Origin: a bacterium
GTDB lineage: Bacteria > Patescibacteriota > JABMPQ01 > JAUVWW01
Direction of reading: 5' to 3'
Assembly (NCBI GenBank): GCA_030603885.1
Contig: JAUVWW010000001.1
Location: 135,242 to 199,241 of the forward strand
Length of the DNA: 64,000 nt
The notes under the pieces were generated by a model. The model had not been told where the DNA came from. It did not search any database and worked only from the letters and a program-made list of their open reading frames with translations. Position numbers and translations under genes: made by a program. This document shows, piece by piece, positions 1 to 10,105 of the stretch (position 1 is its first letter; each line of letters begins with the position of its first letter).

Positions 1-173
1 AATATATCTAGGAAAACCAAGAGAAAGAATTATAACTTGGGATGTAAAATTTTTACCTAGACTAAAGGTTGGTGATAATATTTCCTTTCACTGGAATTTT
101 GTTTGTGAGAAACTGAATCAAAAACAGATAAAGTATTTAGAGAAGTACACTAAACAAACTATAAATTTAATAA

Positions 174-938
174 ATGCCTAAAAAGCCTAGAAAAAAACCT
201 GTTATTTGTCTAACCAGCCTTACTGACTGCGAGGGTTGTCTTTTTGCTATTCTAGATTTAGGACAAAGATTTTTTGATTTATTAAAATATTTTGAGCTGG
301 GAAATTTTGATTTAATTGAAGAGTTACCTGAGCGGCCTCATTATGACATTGCTATTGTAGAGGGAACCCCAATTACTAAAGAAAACTTTAAACACCTTAA
401 GGAATTAAGAAAGAAGTCAGATCTTTTAATTTCTTTAGGAGCTTATGCTCATCTGGGAGGAATTCAACAGATCAAAAATTGGCAAAATAAAGACAAAAGA
501 ATATATCAAGTTTATAAAAAAATCCGGGGGATAAACAACCCGGATATCAAACCTATCGGGAAAATAGTCAAAGTAGATTTTGATATTCCTCAATGTCCTC
601 TCAACAACGAAGAGTTCTTGAGGATAATGTATCAACTGAAAGAAGGAAGAATGCCTAGGATCGTCAGGCGACCTGTTTGTTATGAGTGTCAGATTCGGGG
701 ATACGAGTGTCTTCTACAAAAAGATCAACCTTGTCTTGGACCAATAAGTATTGGGGGATGTGAAGCTATCTGTCCGGGCAATAGTATGTATTGTGAAGCT
801 TGTCGAGGAACTTTTCCAGAGGCGGATATTAAAGGACTCAAAAAACTAATAGGTAAAAAAGAATTTGATAGGGTAGCCCAAACCTATGGGGCTTTAGATG
901 AAATAGAGGAGGTAGAAAAGGCTTTAAAGAAGAAATAA
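174..938 (+). CDS. NiFe hydrogenase small subunit (group 3-like, Fe-S cluster subunit)
   Basis: N-terminal CEGC motif typical of NiFe small subunits; Cys-rich C-terminal region (CYECQ..CLGP..GGCEAICPG..CEACRG) consistent with Fe-S clusters; NiFe large subunit gene lies 5 kb downstream. Confidence 0.6.
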   Translation: MPKKPRKKPVICLTSLTDCEGCLFAILDLGQRFFDLLKYFELGNFDLIEELPERPHYDIAIVEGTPITKENFKHLKELRKKSDLLISLGAYAHLGGIQQIKNWQNKDKRIYQVYKKIRGINNPDIKPIGKIVKVDFDIPQCPLNNEEFLRIMYQLKEGRMPRIVRRPVCYECQIRGYECLLQKDQPCLGPISIGGCEAICPGNSMYCEACRGTFPEADIKGLKKLIGKKEFDRVAQTYGALDEIEEVEKALKKK

Positions 939-969
939 ATAGTTTAAAATCTTCTTATTTTTTATCATT

Positions 970-996
970 TTACCTTTTAATAAGGTAATTTTTTTT
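970..996 (+). terminator. candidate rho-independent terminator (TTACCTT-ttaat-AAGGTAA hairpin followed by T-run) between convergent genes
   Basis: 7-bp inverted repeat with 5-nt loop followed by TTTTTTTT read directly from sequence. Confidence 0.45.
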
Positions 997-3103
997 ATTT
1001 TTTAACTGATATAAACCTTGCATTTATGGCCACTATCACTGTACTCAAAGACATTAAAATTGCGCCTACGGCTGGTGTTAAAAGAATTCCAAAATTATAA
1101 AGAACCCCAGCTGCTAGAGGAATAGCAATAACATTGTATCCTGTGGCCCAGAGTAAATTTTGTTTCATTTTCCCATAGGTTGCTTTTGCCAGACCAATTA
1201 TAGAAACAACATCTTTTGGATCATTCCTAACTAAAACGATATCTGCTGCCTCGATTGCAACATCTGTTCCTGCTCCTATGGCTATTCCCACATCAGCTTG
1301 AACCAAGGCAGGAGCATCATTAACTCCGTCACCAACCATGGCTACTCTTAATTTCCGAGATTGCACCTTTTTAATCACTTCTGATTTTTCATGCGGCAAA
1401 ACTTCAGCAAAGAAATCATCAAGCCCTAGTTCTTTTGCCACCCACTGAGCAACTTGTTTGTTGTCACCAGTCAGCATCATACACTTGATTCCCATAGATT
1501 TTAACTTATTGATGGCTTCTTTTGATTCTTCTCTAATCAAATCAGCCAGGGCAATTGCGCCTATTATCTTATTTTCTAACAAAATATAGGTGATAGTTTT
1601 TCCTTGTTTTAACAGTTCTTCAATTCTTTCACTTTCTATTTTAATCTTGTCCTCTTTTAAATAATTTGCACCTACCGCTTTTATTAATTTTTTATTAATA
1701 ATTCCCTGAACGCCTTTTCCTGGAAGATTCAAGAATTTTTGAACAGTGCCTATTTCAATCTTCTTATCTTTGGCTTTTTTTACAATGCTTTTAGCTATAG
1801 GATGTTCTGAATTTACCTCTAGGCAGGCAGCATAAAAGAGAATATCATCCTCTTTGTATTTGTTTAAAGCAACAATATCCACAACTCCAAATTCACCTTT
1901 AGTAAGTGTGCCTGTTTTATCAAATATAATAACATCAATATTTCTTGCCTGCTCATATGCTGTCCTGTTTCTTATTAAGAGACCGTTTTTGGCTGAGAGA
2001 GCTGTTGAGACTGCTATAACCAAGGGTACAGCCAGTCCTAAGGCATGGGGACAGGTAATAACCATTACTGTAACCATTCTTTCAAGGGAAAAGACAAATT
2101 CCTTTCCCAAATAGAGCCATACCAGCAAGGTGAGCATTCCAATAGAAATAGCTGTTATTGTTAGCCACATGGCAGCTTTGTTGGCCAAGTCTTGTGTTTT
2201 TGATTTTGAGGCTTGTGCTTTTTTGACTAGATCTATTACTTGTGAAATATAAGAATCTTCGCCTGTGTGAGTTATCTTTACATTTATTGCTCCTTGGTCA
2301 TTAATAGAACCACCTATAACTTTATCACCCTCTTTTTTGCTAACGGGCTTGGATTCTCCGGTCAGCATGGCTTCATTTACGGTTGTTTCTCCTTTGATGA
2401 TTGAGCCATCTGAAGGAATTTTTTCACCTGGCTTTATAAGAACAATATTACCAATGACTAATTTTGAAACAGGGATATCTATTATTTTTCCATCTTTTAT
2501 AAGGTGCGCCTCAGAAGGAAGCAATTTAACAAGCTCTTCTAATGCACGAGAGGCGCCCAAAACAGAACGCATCTCTATCCAGTGACCTAAAAGCATAATA
2601 ACAATTAGAGTAGCCAGTTCCCAAAAGAAGAATTTTCCAGGAAGGCCAAAAACTACAGCAGTACTATAAAAAAATGCCACACTAATTGCCACGGCAATAA
2701 GGGTCATCATTCCTGGCTGTTTCTTTTTTATCTCTTGGATGAGACCTTTCAAGAACGGCCATCCACCATAGAAGAAGACAATACCAGACAAAACAAAAAG
2801 CACATATCTATCCCCAGGAAAACTTATAGTCAAGCCAAGAAATTGCTGAATTAATGGTGATAAGATCAGGATAGGAATAGTTATAACCAAAGAAACAAGA
2901 AATCTTCTTTTAAAATCCTTGACCATCATTTTATGATGGTTAGCATGTTTCTCTATATGTTCTGTTTTTTCTCCTTCTTTAACTTCTTCTAACTGAGCAC
3001 TATCCATTTCGCATTTTCCAGGAGTGTCATATTTCATGCCGCATTTAGGACATTTATATTTTTGTATTTTATTAACCATCTTTTTAGTGTCTAGAGTCAG
3101 CAA
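995..3103 (-). CDS. heavy-metal translocating P1B-type ATPase
   Basis: CPH (CPx) transmembrane metal motif (ITCPHALGLAVP), DKTGTLT phosphorylation motif, GDGVNDAPAL hinge motif, N-terminal CPKCG zinc-ribbon-like metal-binding region. Confidence 0.85.
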   Translation of the reverse strand: MLTLDTKKMVNKIQKYKCPKCGMKYDTPGKCEMDSAQLEEVKEGEKTEHIEKHANHHKMMVKDFKRRFLVSLVITIPILILSPLIQQFLGLTISFPGDRYVLFVLSGIVFFYGGWPFLKGLIQEIKKKQPGMMTLIAVAISVAFFYSTAVVFGLPGKFFFWELATLIVIMLLGHWIEMRSVLGASRALEELVKLLPSEAHLIKDGKIIDIPVSKLVIGNIVLIKPGEKIPSDGSIIKGETTVNEAMLTGESKPVSKKEGDKVIGGSINDQGAINVKITHTGEDSYISQVIDLVKKAQASKSKTQDLANKAAMWLTITAISIGMLTLLVWLYLGKEFVFSLERMVTVMVITCPHALGLAVPLVIAVSTALSAKNGLLIRNRTAYEQARNIDVIIFDKTGTLTKGEFGVVDIVALNKYKEDDILFYAACLEVNSEHPIAKSIVKKAKDKKIEIGTVQKFLNLPGKGVQGIINKKLIKAVGANYLKEDKIKIESERIEELLKQGKTITYILLENKIIGAIALADLIREESKEAINKLKSMGIKCMMLTGDNKQVAQWVAKELGLDDFFAEVLPHEKSEVIKKVQSRKLRVAMVGDGVNDAPALVQADVGIAIGAGTDVAIEAADIVLVRNDPKDVVSIIGLAKATYGKMKQNLLWATGYNVIAIPLAAGVLYNFGILLTPAVGAILMSLSTVIVAINARFISVKK

Positions 3104-3243
3104 TTTTATTATAACATAATTCTAGTTATCTAAAACTTGATATGTTTTCTTTGCTGTGGATAAATTTTGTTGCATAATTTACACAAGGGTATATTATAAA
3201 CATAGAAAGTTTAGAATAACCAAAAATTAGCTAAATTTATACC

Positions 3244-4902
3244 ATGCAAAAAGAATATTCTGTATTAGTAGGAGGACAAGCCGGAGATGGAATAAAGCAG
3301 GCCGGTAATACTATAGCTAGGTTGCTTAATAGAGTAGGCTACTGGGTTTTTGTATATGAAGATTATCCCTCTATAATTAGAGGTGGACATAACTTTGCCA
3401 TAATAAGAGCTCACCAACAAAAAATTCTTGCCCACACAGACAAAATAGATATCTTAATAGCTCTTAATCAAGACACTATTGAGAAGCACTCTGAGCGACT
3501 TAAAGAAAAACATCTAATCATTTTTGATTCAAGCTCAACAAAAGCAGAAGGATTGGGTCTTCCTTTGGGTGAAATTGTCAAAAATAAAGGACTTCCACAA
3601 ATAGTCAGAAATACCGCTGCTTTAGGAGCCCTTGCTTCTGTTTTAGGAATAGAATTTTCTATTGTTGAAGATGTTATAAAAAGTTCAATCAAAAAGAAAA
3701 CTAAAGAAAATATCGAAGTTGCCAAAGAAGTATATGACAGGGCAAAAAAATTTGAAAATTCTTTTAAGTTATCTGTACTTAAAAATCAGCCAAAACCACT
3801 TCTTACAGGAAACGAAGCCATAGCTTTAGGTGCTGTTAAGGGTGGACTTAAACTATATATAGCTTATCCAATGACGCCTGCCTCAAGTATTCTTCATTAT
3901 CTTGCAGAGCATGAAGACGAACTTAATATAGCCACAGTTCATCCAGAAAATGAAATTGGAGTTATTGGTATGGCTCAAGGCGCAGCCTATGCCGGAATTA
4001 AAACTATGATTGGAACCTCTGGAGGAGGATTTGCTTTAATGACAGAACATCTTAGTCTGGCCGGACAAGCAGAGATCCCTACTGTTTGTGTTTTATCTCA
4101 AAGACCAGCGCCTGCCACAGGCGTTCCCACCTATACTGCCCAAGGTGATTTATTTTTTGCTTTGCATGCCGGACACGGTGATTTTGCAAGAGTGGTTGTT
4201 GCTCCTGGTGATATTGAAGAAGCTTTCTATTTAACAGTAGAAGCCTTAAATTTAGCCTGGCAGTTTCAAGTGCCAGTAATATTACTTTGCGACAAACATC
4301 TAAGCGAAAGTACTTTTTCAGCCGAATTTGATGAAAGTAAAATAGTTGTAGAAAGTCCAAAATTATGGAAGGGGGAAGGGGAATACAGAAAGTATGTCCT
4401 TACCAAAGACGGGGTATCTCCTCTAGCTTTTCCGGGAGATGAGAAAGCAACTGTCAAATCAAACAGCTATGAGTGTGATGAATTTGGAATAACCACAGAA
4501 GATCCTCAACTGGTCACAAAAGGCCACGAAAAAAGATTAAAGAAGATGAAGACAATAGAAAACGAACTAAAGAAAAAGGAGACAGTTAAAATTTACGGGA
4601 ATCCAAAAAGCGATGTAGTTTTGATTACCTGGGGGTCAACTAAAGGGGCAGTAGAAGAGGTTGCTCAAACTTACAATTTAAAAGTTGTTCAACCGTTATA
4701 TCTTGAGCCTTTTCCAATATGGGATTTAAGAAAACATTTAGAAGGTGCTAAAAAAATTATTGGTGTAGAAGTAAATTCTACTGGACAGCTTTGTAATCTG
4801 CTAGAGTTTAAGGGACTTAAAGTTGACGAAAGAATCTTGAAATATGATGGGAGACCTTTTACTGTTGATGAGTTAGAAGAAAAAATTAAAAAAATCTTAT
4901 GA
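3244..4902 (+). CDS. 2-oxoacid:ferredoxin oxidoreductase alpha subunit (gamma-alpha fusion type)
   Basis: N-terminal GGQAGDG motif of the OFOR gamma domain followed by an alpha-like domain; translationally coupled to the TPP-binding beta subunit downstream. Confidence 0.7.
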   Translation: MQKEYSVLVGGQAGDGIKQAGNTIARLLNRVGYWVFVYEDYPSIIRGGHNFAIIRAHQQKILAHTDKIDILIALNQDTIEKHSERLKEKHLIIFDSSSTKAEGLGLPLGEIVKNKGLPQIVRNTAALGALASVLGIEFSIVEDVIKSSIKKKTKENIEVAKEVYDRAKKFENSFKLSVLKNQPKPLLTGNEAIALGAVKGGLKLYIAYPMTPASSILHYLAEHEDELNIATVHPENEIGVIGMAQGAAYAGIKTMIGTSGGGFALMTEHLSLAGQAEIPTVCVLSQRPAPATGVPTYTAQGDLFFALHAGHGDFARVVVAPGDIEEAFYLTVEALNLAWQFQVPVILLCDKHLSESTFSAEFDESKIVVESPKLWKGEGEYRKYVLTKDGVSPLAFPGDEKATVKSNSYECDEFGITTEDPQLVTKGHEKRLKKMKTIENELKKKETVKIYGNPKSDVVLITWGSTKGAVEEVAQTYNLKVVQPLYLEPFPIWDLRKHLEGAKKIIGVEVNSTGQLCNLLEFKGLKVDERILKYDGRPFTVDELEEKIKKIL

Positions 4903-5762
4903 AGATAGAGGATCTGAAAACATATACAGAAAACACTTGGTGTCCAGGGTGTGGAAATTTTGGCATAGAGTTTGCTGCAAAACAAGCTTTTGTTGAGCTC
5001 ATCAATGAGAAGAAGATTAAAAGAGAAGATATAGTCATTCTTTCTGGTATAGGGTGCCACGCCAAAATCGTAGATTATATTAATGTCAATTCTTTTTATT
5101 CCTTACATGGCAGGGTTCCTGCACCGGCAACCGGAATCAAAATTGCCAATCCTGAACTTTCGATCTTAGGATTTGCTGGAGATGGAGATGCCTATGGAGA
5201 AGGGTTAGTCCATTTGATATTTGCTGCCAAAAGAAACAGCGATATCACCATGGTAATTCATAACAATAGAAACTATGCTCTTACCACTGGTCAATTTTCT
5301 CCGACCTCACCTAAAGGTTTTCCAGGAAGATCAACACCAAAGGGATCGCCTGAGCCACCCCTTAATCCATTAGAACTTATGCTTGTCAGTGGCGCAACTT
5401 TTGTAGCCAGAGCCTTTACAGGAAATCCAAACCATCTTAAAGAAATTATCAAGCAGGCTATACTCCATAAGGGATTTTCCTTTATAGATGTTTTGCAGCC
5501 CTGTGTCACTTATTACAATACCTTTGAGTTTTACCGAAAGACAGTTTATGAATTAAAAGATCATGATTCATCTAGCCGAGAAGCTGCCATGAAAAAAGTT
5601 AAGAAATGGAATTATCTAGATGGAGAGAAAGGAAAAATACCCATCGGAATTTTCTATCAAGTTAAAAAACCCACTTTTGAAGAAATTATTCTTAAAGAGA
5701 AAAAGCCCTACGGGCTTCCTATCCCTAGTCTGAAAAAGCTCTTAAAAAGACATAACAGCTAA
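4899..5762 (+). CDS. 2-oxoacid:ferredoxin oxidoreductase beta subunit (TPP-binding)
   Basis: CPGCG N-terminal cluster motif; GDGD...YG TPP-binding motif (FAGDGDAYGEG); start overlaps the alpha stop (ATGA). Confidence 0.8.
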   Translation: MKIEDLKTYTENTWCPGCGNFGIEFAAKQAFVELINEKKIKREDIVILSGIGCHAKIVDYINVNSFYSLHGRVPAPATGIKIANPELSILGFAGDGDAYGEGLVHLIFAAKRNSDITMVIHNNRNYALTTGQFSPTSPKGFPGRSTPKGSPEPPLNPLELMLVSGATFVARAFTGNPNHLKEIIKQAILHKGFSFIDVLQPCVTYYNTFEFYRKTVYELKDHDSSSREAAMKKVKKWNYLDGEKGKIPIGIFYQVKKPTFEEIILKEKKPYGLPIPSLKKLLKRHNS

Positions 5763-5805
5763 AGAAGTTCTATAAGAAAGAACTTTTGAGGTTTTGATTT
5801 TTATT

Positions 5806-7074
5806 ATGCCCAAAATAACTCGCATTAAAATCGATCATATTGACAAAATCGAAGGACACGCTGGATTTGTGGGAAAGCTATTGAACGGAAAAGTAAAAGA
5901 AGCTAAATACGAGGTTAAACAAGGAATCAGGTTAATTGAAGCTATTCTCAGGGGTAGGCCTTATGAAGATGCACCTATTATCACTGCTAGGATTTGTGGA
6001 ATCTGTCCTGTGGTTCACAATCTTTGTGCTATCAAGGCCTTAGAAAAAGCTATAAAGATAAAACCTTCGCCACAGACTATAACTTTACGTAAGATAATGA
6101 TGCTTGGTCAACTTATCCAAAGCCATAGCTTGCATGTCTATTTCCTTTGCCTTTCTGACTTTTTTAAATACAAAAGTGATCTCAAATTAATCAAAAGATT
6201 CCCTCGGACTACTAAGAGAATCTTTAAGATCAGAGACTTTGGAAATAAGCTTATAGCCTCGATCGGCGGCCGCAGTATTCACCCTTTAACTACAGAGGTA
6301 GGAGGATTTAAGAAATTACCTAAAGTTGAAGACATTAGGACACTTTTAGATGAGCAACCCAAGATACTAAAAGAAGCTTTGGCTGTAGCTAATATATTTG
6401 CCTTTCTTTTATATCCTAAATTTGAAAGGAAGACGGAATTTGTAGCTTTGACATCTACTAAAGAATATGCTATTTATGATGGAAAAGTTGTTTCTTCAAA
6501 CGGTCTAGAATTTCTGCCTGAGGAGGTTACAGAGAAAATTCAAGAAATCCAATATCCTTCAGAGCCAGTTAAAAGAGTTCTACATGATGACATGCCAATT
6601 ATGCCTGGGGCCCTAGCTCGTCTAAATATCAATTATAAAAAATTAAATCCAAAAGCTAAGAAGGCTTGGAATAAATTCGGAGTTAAACTACCTACTTATA
6701 ATTCCTTTTATAATATCTATGCCCAAGTAGTAGAAATTATTAATTGTGTTGAAGAATCTAAGAAACTACTGCGAAAGTTGATAAAAAGGAAGTTGAGGAG
6801 TCCTTGGCAAAAATTTAAGCCTAAAGCTGGCCGAGGCATAGCAGCTATAGAGGCTCCACGCGGTACTCTATATCATGATTATACTGTAGATAAAAAAGGC
6901 ATTATCAAACATGCTAACATTATTACTCCCACGGCTCAGTTTATTTGTAATCTTGAAGAAGATATTAAGGAATTCATTCCTGACCTAAGGAAACTCAAAC
7001 CAGAAGCCCGTAGACAAAAAATTAGAATGCTCATCCGTGCTTATGATCCTTGTATGACTTGCTCAGTACATTAA
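5806..7074 (+). CDS. NiFe hydrogenase large subunit
   Basis: N-terminal RICGICPVVH (RxCGxCxxxH L1 motif) and C-terminal DPCMTCSVH (DPCxxCxxH L2 motif); protein ends at the His with no C-terminal extension. Confidence 0.8.
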   Translation: MPKITRIKIDHIDKIEGHAGFVGKLLNGKVKEAKYEVKQGIRLIEAILRGRPYEDAPIITARICGICPVVHNLCAIKALEKAIKIKPSPQTITLRKIMMLGQLIQSHSLHVYFLCLSDFFKYKSDLKLIKRFPRTTKRIFKIRDFGNKLIASIGGRSIHPLTTEVGGFKKLPKVEDIRTLLDEQPKILKEALAVANIFAFLLYPKFERKTEFVALTSTKEYAIYDGKVVSSNGLEFLPEEVTEKIQEIQYPSEPVKRVLHDDMPIMPGALARLNINYKKLNPKAKKAWNKFGVKLPTYNSFYNIYAQVVEIINCVEESKKLLRKLIKRKLRSPWQKFKPKAGRGIAAIEAPRGTLYHDYTVDKKGIIKHANIITPTAQFICNLEEDIKEFIPDLRKLKPEARRQKIRMLIRAYDPCMTCSVH

Positions 7075-7086
7075 TTAAAAGCCTAT

Positions 7087-7344
7087 ATGCACGATCTATT
7101 AACCGCACAAGATATTTTAAAAACCGCATTACGATACGCTAAGAGAAATAAGCTTAAGTCTGTCACTAAAATTGTTATTGGGCTAGGTTCGATTTCTGCC
7201 CACGGAGAAACTATAACTTCCGATAGTTTAAAATTTAATATCAATGTGCTTTCGAAAAATACGACCGCTAAAGACGCTAAGATAATTATTGAAGAAGTAG
7301 ATGGAGATGCCTGGAAGCTTAAATCTATTGAAGGAATAAAATAG
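7087..7344 (+). CDS. HypA-like nickel-insertion protein, N-domain only (no zinc finger)
   Basis: Begins MHD (HypA MHE Ni-binding N-terminus); the MHDLLTAQDIL..SVTKIVIGLGSIS region resembles the HypA N-domain; 85 aa, no Cys, so the CxxC...CxxC Zn site is absent; lies immediately downstream of the hydrogenase large subunit. Confidence 0.4.
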   Translation: MHDLLTAQDILKTALRYAKRNKLKSVTKIVIGLGSISAHGETITSDSLKFNINVLSKNTTAKDAKIIIEEVDGDAWKLKSIEGIK

Positions 7345-7431
7345 AAATCAAGATTTAGGCTTTTAAAAAATTAGCAATATGGTATAATGAAATTAAGCTC
7401 ATATGAGCTTAATTATTTAGTTTGTAAAAAT

Positions 7432-8571
7432 ATGAAGAAAGTATACTTAGACAACGCAGCTACTACTCCTCAAGATCCCGAAGTAGTAGAAGCTATGCTT
7501 CCTTATTTTAAAGAGCATTTTGGCAATCCTTCTTCTATTCATGCTTTTGGTCAAAAAGCTAAAGAAGGAATAGATAAAGCCCGAAAAATCATAGCTAAAA
7601 AGATAAAAGCTAATCCAGATGAGATTATTTTTACCTCTGGAGGAACAGAGGCCAATAACCTAGCTTTAAAAGGGATAGCTCATACCCAAAAAGCTAAGGG
7701 AAATCATATTATCACTTCTCAAATAGAGCACCATTCAGTTTTGAATACTGCAAGGCAGTTAGAAAAAGAAGGGTTCAAAGTTACTTACTTAAAGGTAGAT
7801 AAGGAAGGACTTGTTGATCCCAAAGAGCTAGAGAAAGCTATTACCAAAGAAACTATCCTTGTTTCTGTTATGGCTGCTAACAATGAAATCGGGACTATTG
7901 AGCCTACCCGAGAGCTGGCCAAAGTAGCCCGAAGTCATAAAATCTATTTTCACACAGATGCTGTCCAAGCTTTTTGTAAGATACCCTTTGATGTGGGATG
8001 GGGAATAGACTTAGCCTCTTTCTCGGCCCATAAAATTCATGGACCAAAAGGAATAGGAGCTTTGTATATTAAAAGAGGAACAAAGATCCAACCTCGGCAA
8101 GTAGGAGGGCATCAAGAATTTGAAAAAAGGGCAGGCACAGAAAATGTACCAGCAATAGTGGGATTTGGAAAAGCAGTGGAAATATATAATGTGGACGAGT
8201 TAAGGAAGATAGCCGAACTAAGAGATAAGTTAATTGAAGGAGTCATAAACAAGATTCCTAAAGTAAAACTAAATGGCCCTAAGGAAAAAAGATTGCCTAA
8301 TATTGCTAACTTTTCTTTCCTTGGAGTAGAGGGAGAAGCTTTACTTATGGAATTAGACTCAAAGGGGATAGCTTGTTCAACTGGTTCTGCCTGTGCTGCA
8401 CCAACTTTAGAGCCAAGCCATGTTCTCCAAGCCATAGGCATAACGGCTATTGTTGCTCATTCTTCTTTGAGGATGAGCTTGGGGAAAGAAAATAGCGAGG
8501 AAGACATAGACTATGTTTTAGAGATATTACCTCAAGCCGTAAAAAATCTAAGGAAAATTAGCCCATTTTAA
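7432..8571 (+). CDS. iscS: cysteine desulfurase (IscS/NifS family)
   Basis: Class V aminotransferase pattern; PLP-Lys motif SFSAHKIHGPKG; active-site Cys loop (CSTGSAC); followed directly by IscU. Confidence 0.85.
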   Translation: MKKVYLDNAATTPQDPEVVEAMLPYFKEHFGNPSSIHAFGQKAKEGIDKARKIIAKKIKANPDEIIFTSGGTEANNLALKGIAHTQKAKGNHIITSQIEHHSVLNTARQLEKEGFKVTYLKVDKEGLVDPKELEKAITKETILVSVMAANNEIGTIEPTRELAKVARSHKIYFHTDAVQAFCKIPFDVGWGIDLASFSAHKIHGPKGIGALYIKRGTKIQPRQVGGHQEFEKRAGTENVPAIVGFGKAVEIYNVDELRKIAELRDKLIEGVINKIPKVKLNGPKEKRLPNIANFSFLGVEGEALLMELDSKGIACSTGSACAAPTLEPSHVLQAIGITAIVAHSSLRMSLGKENSEEDIDYVLEILPQAVKNLRKISPF

Positions 8572-8574
8572 AGT

Positions 8575-8961
8575 ATGTATACTAAAAAAGTAATTCAACT
8601 ATTTAAGCATCCTCATAATGTAGGAAAAATAAAAAATCCAGATGGACTAGGAAAAGCTGGCAATCCTGTCTGTGGAGACATTATGTGGATTTATATTAAG
8701 ATAGGGAAGAATAAAAAGGGAGAAGAAACAATAAAAGATATTAGATTTTCTACTTTTGGCTGTGCCGCTGCTATTGCTACCTCTTCCATGGTTACTGATC
8801 TAGCTAAAGGAAAAACCATCAGCGAGGCTAAGAAAATAACCAGAAAAGATGTAGCTGATGAGTTAGGAGGTCTACCACCAGTCAAATTTCATTGTTCTAA
8901 TTTGGCAGTTGATGCTTTACATAAAGCTATCCAAAACTATGAAAAGAAGAAACACAAATAG
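8575..8961 (+). CDS. iscU: Fe-S cluster assembly scaffold IscU/NifU
   Basis: Three conserved Cys in GNPVCGD, FGCAAAIA and HCSNLAV contexts. Confidence 0.85.
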   Translation: MYTKKVIQLFKHPHNVGKIKNPDGLGKAGNPVCGDIMWIYIKIGKNKKGEETIKDIRFSTFGCAAAIATSSMVTDLAKGKTISEAKKITRKDVADELGGLPPVKFHCSNLAVDALHKAIQNYEKKKHK

Positions 8962-10072
8962 AAAAATTCTTACAATCTGTTTTTGCTTGCTAATTTTAGT
9001 CTCATTACTTTTTCCTCGTCTAATAGAAGCCCAAGAAGAAAGGCTTCAGGTTTATTATTTTTATGGGGTGGGCTGTCCGGCTTGCGCTAAAATAAAACCC
9101 TATCTTGAAGAGTTACAGAAAAAATATTCTGATGTAGAATTTAAATTTTTGGAAGTTCGGGCAAACAAGGATTTATTTTTAAAGATCGCAGAAGTTTATG
9201 GAGTTGAAGCTGGAGCTATACCTTCAATATTTGTTCATGACAAGAATTTAGTAGGAACTAAAGAAATAAGAGATAATCTTGAAAACCAACTGATTAGCTG
9301 TCTTGAAAAAGAATGTAAATGTGACCCTTTTCGATTAAAAGAGAGATGCATTTGTAGTCCCGAAGATTTAGCTCAAGAAGTCGAACCTTGTCCAACAAAG
9401 CTTACAATTCTCCCAGTCTTGGGAGCAGCAGCAGTAGATGCTATCAATCCTTGTGCTTTTGCGGTTCTGATTATACTCATGACTTGTGTCTTAGCTTCTG
9501 GGTCTAAAAAACGTGCTTTAGGCTTTGGACTTTGCTTTGTTTTAGCAGTTTATGTCTGTTATTTCCTGATGGGGCTAGGACTATTTCAAGTTATCAAAAG
9601 CCTGGCTCTGACTTCTATAATTTATAAAATTGCCGGGGGACTAGCTATAGTCGTTGGTCTTCTCAATATTAAAGACGCTATCAGATGGGGGGCAGGCGGA
9701 TTTGTGATGGAGGTACCATTAAGTTGGCGACCAAGAATGAAAAAAATTATTACTTCTGTAACTTCAGCCCCAGCAGCTCTTTTGGCTGGATTTCTAGTTA
9801 GTCTGTTTTTGCTCCCTTGTACTTCAGGACCTTATATAGTTATTCTAGGAATGCTGGCTGAAAAAGTTACCAGGCTAAGTGCTTTAGGTTACTTATTTTT
9901 GTACAACTTCATTTTTGTTTTGCCTATGATAGTTATTACCTTGATTGTATATAAAGGATTTAAGACAGCTACCCTAGAAAGATGGAGAGCTAAGAGAATT
10001 AAATTATTCCATCTAATAGCTGGTTTGATTATGATAGGATTGGGAATAGTAATATTGTTAGATATAATTTAA
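8939..10072 (+). CDS. thiol:disulfide interchange protein, thioredoxin-like domain fused to DsbD/CcdA membrane domain
   Basis: Signal/TM, CPAC thioredoxin motif (YGVGCPACAKI), Cys-rich linker, multi-TM region with NPCAF and LPCTSGPY motifs typical of CcdA/DsbD. Confidence 0.6.
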   Translation: MKRRNTNRKILTICFCLLILVSLLFPRLIEAQEERLQVYYFYGVGCPACAKIKPYLEELQKKYSDVEFKFLEVRANKDLFLKIAEVYGVEAGAIPSIFVHDKNLVGTKEIRDNLENQLISCLEKECKCDPFRLKERCICSPEDLAQEVEPCPTKLTILPVLGAAAVDAINPCAFAVLIILMTCVLASGSKKRALGFGLCFVLAVYVCYFLMGLGLFQVIKSLALTSIIYKIAGGLAIVVGLLNIKDAIRWGAGGFVMEVPLSWRPRMKKIITSVTSAPAALLAGFLVSLFLLPCTSGPYIVILGMLAEKVTRLSALGYLFLYNFIFVLPMIVITLIVYKGFKTATLERWRAKRIKLFHLIAGLIMIGLGIVILLDII

Positions 10073-10105
10073 AAGAAATTAATAATTTCTTAAGTCTCAA
10101 AAACT

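Noticed and set aside
435-635. Short ORFs embedded in or antisense to clearly coding genes (for example 435..635, 1854..2114, 2337..2585, 8112..8441, 11464..11646, 15121..15303, 18579..18914, 20912..21238, 24284..24550, 42055..42498)
   Set aside because: Each lies entirely within a longer ORF with clear family motifs on the other strand or frame, and none has a family signature. They are treated as spurious.
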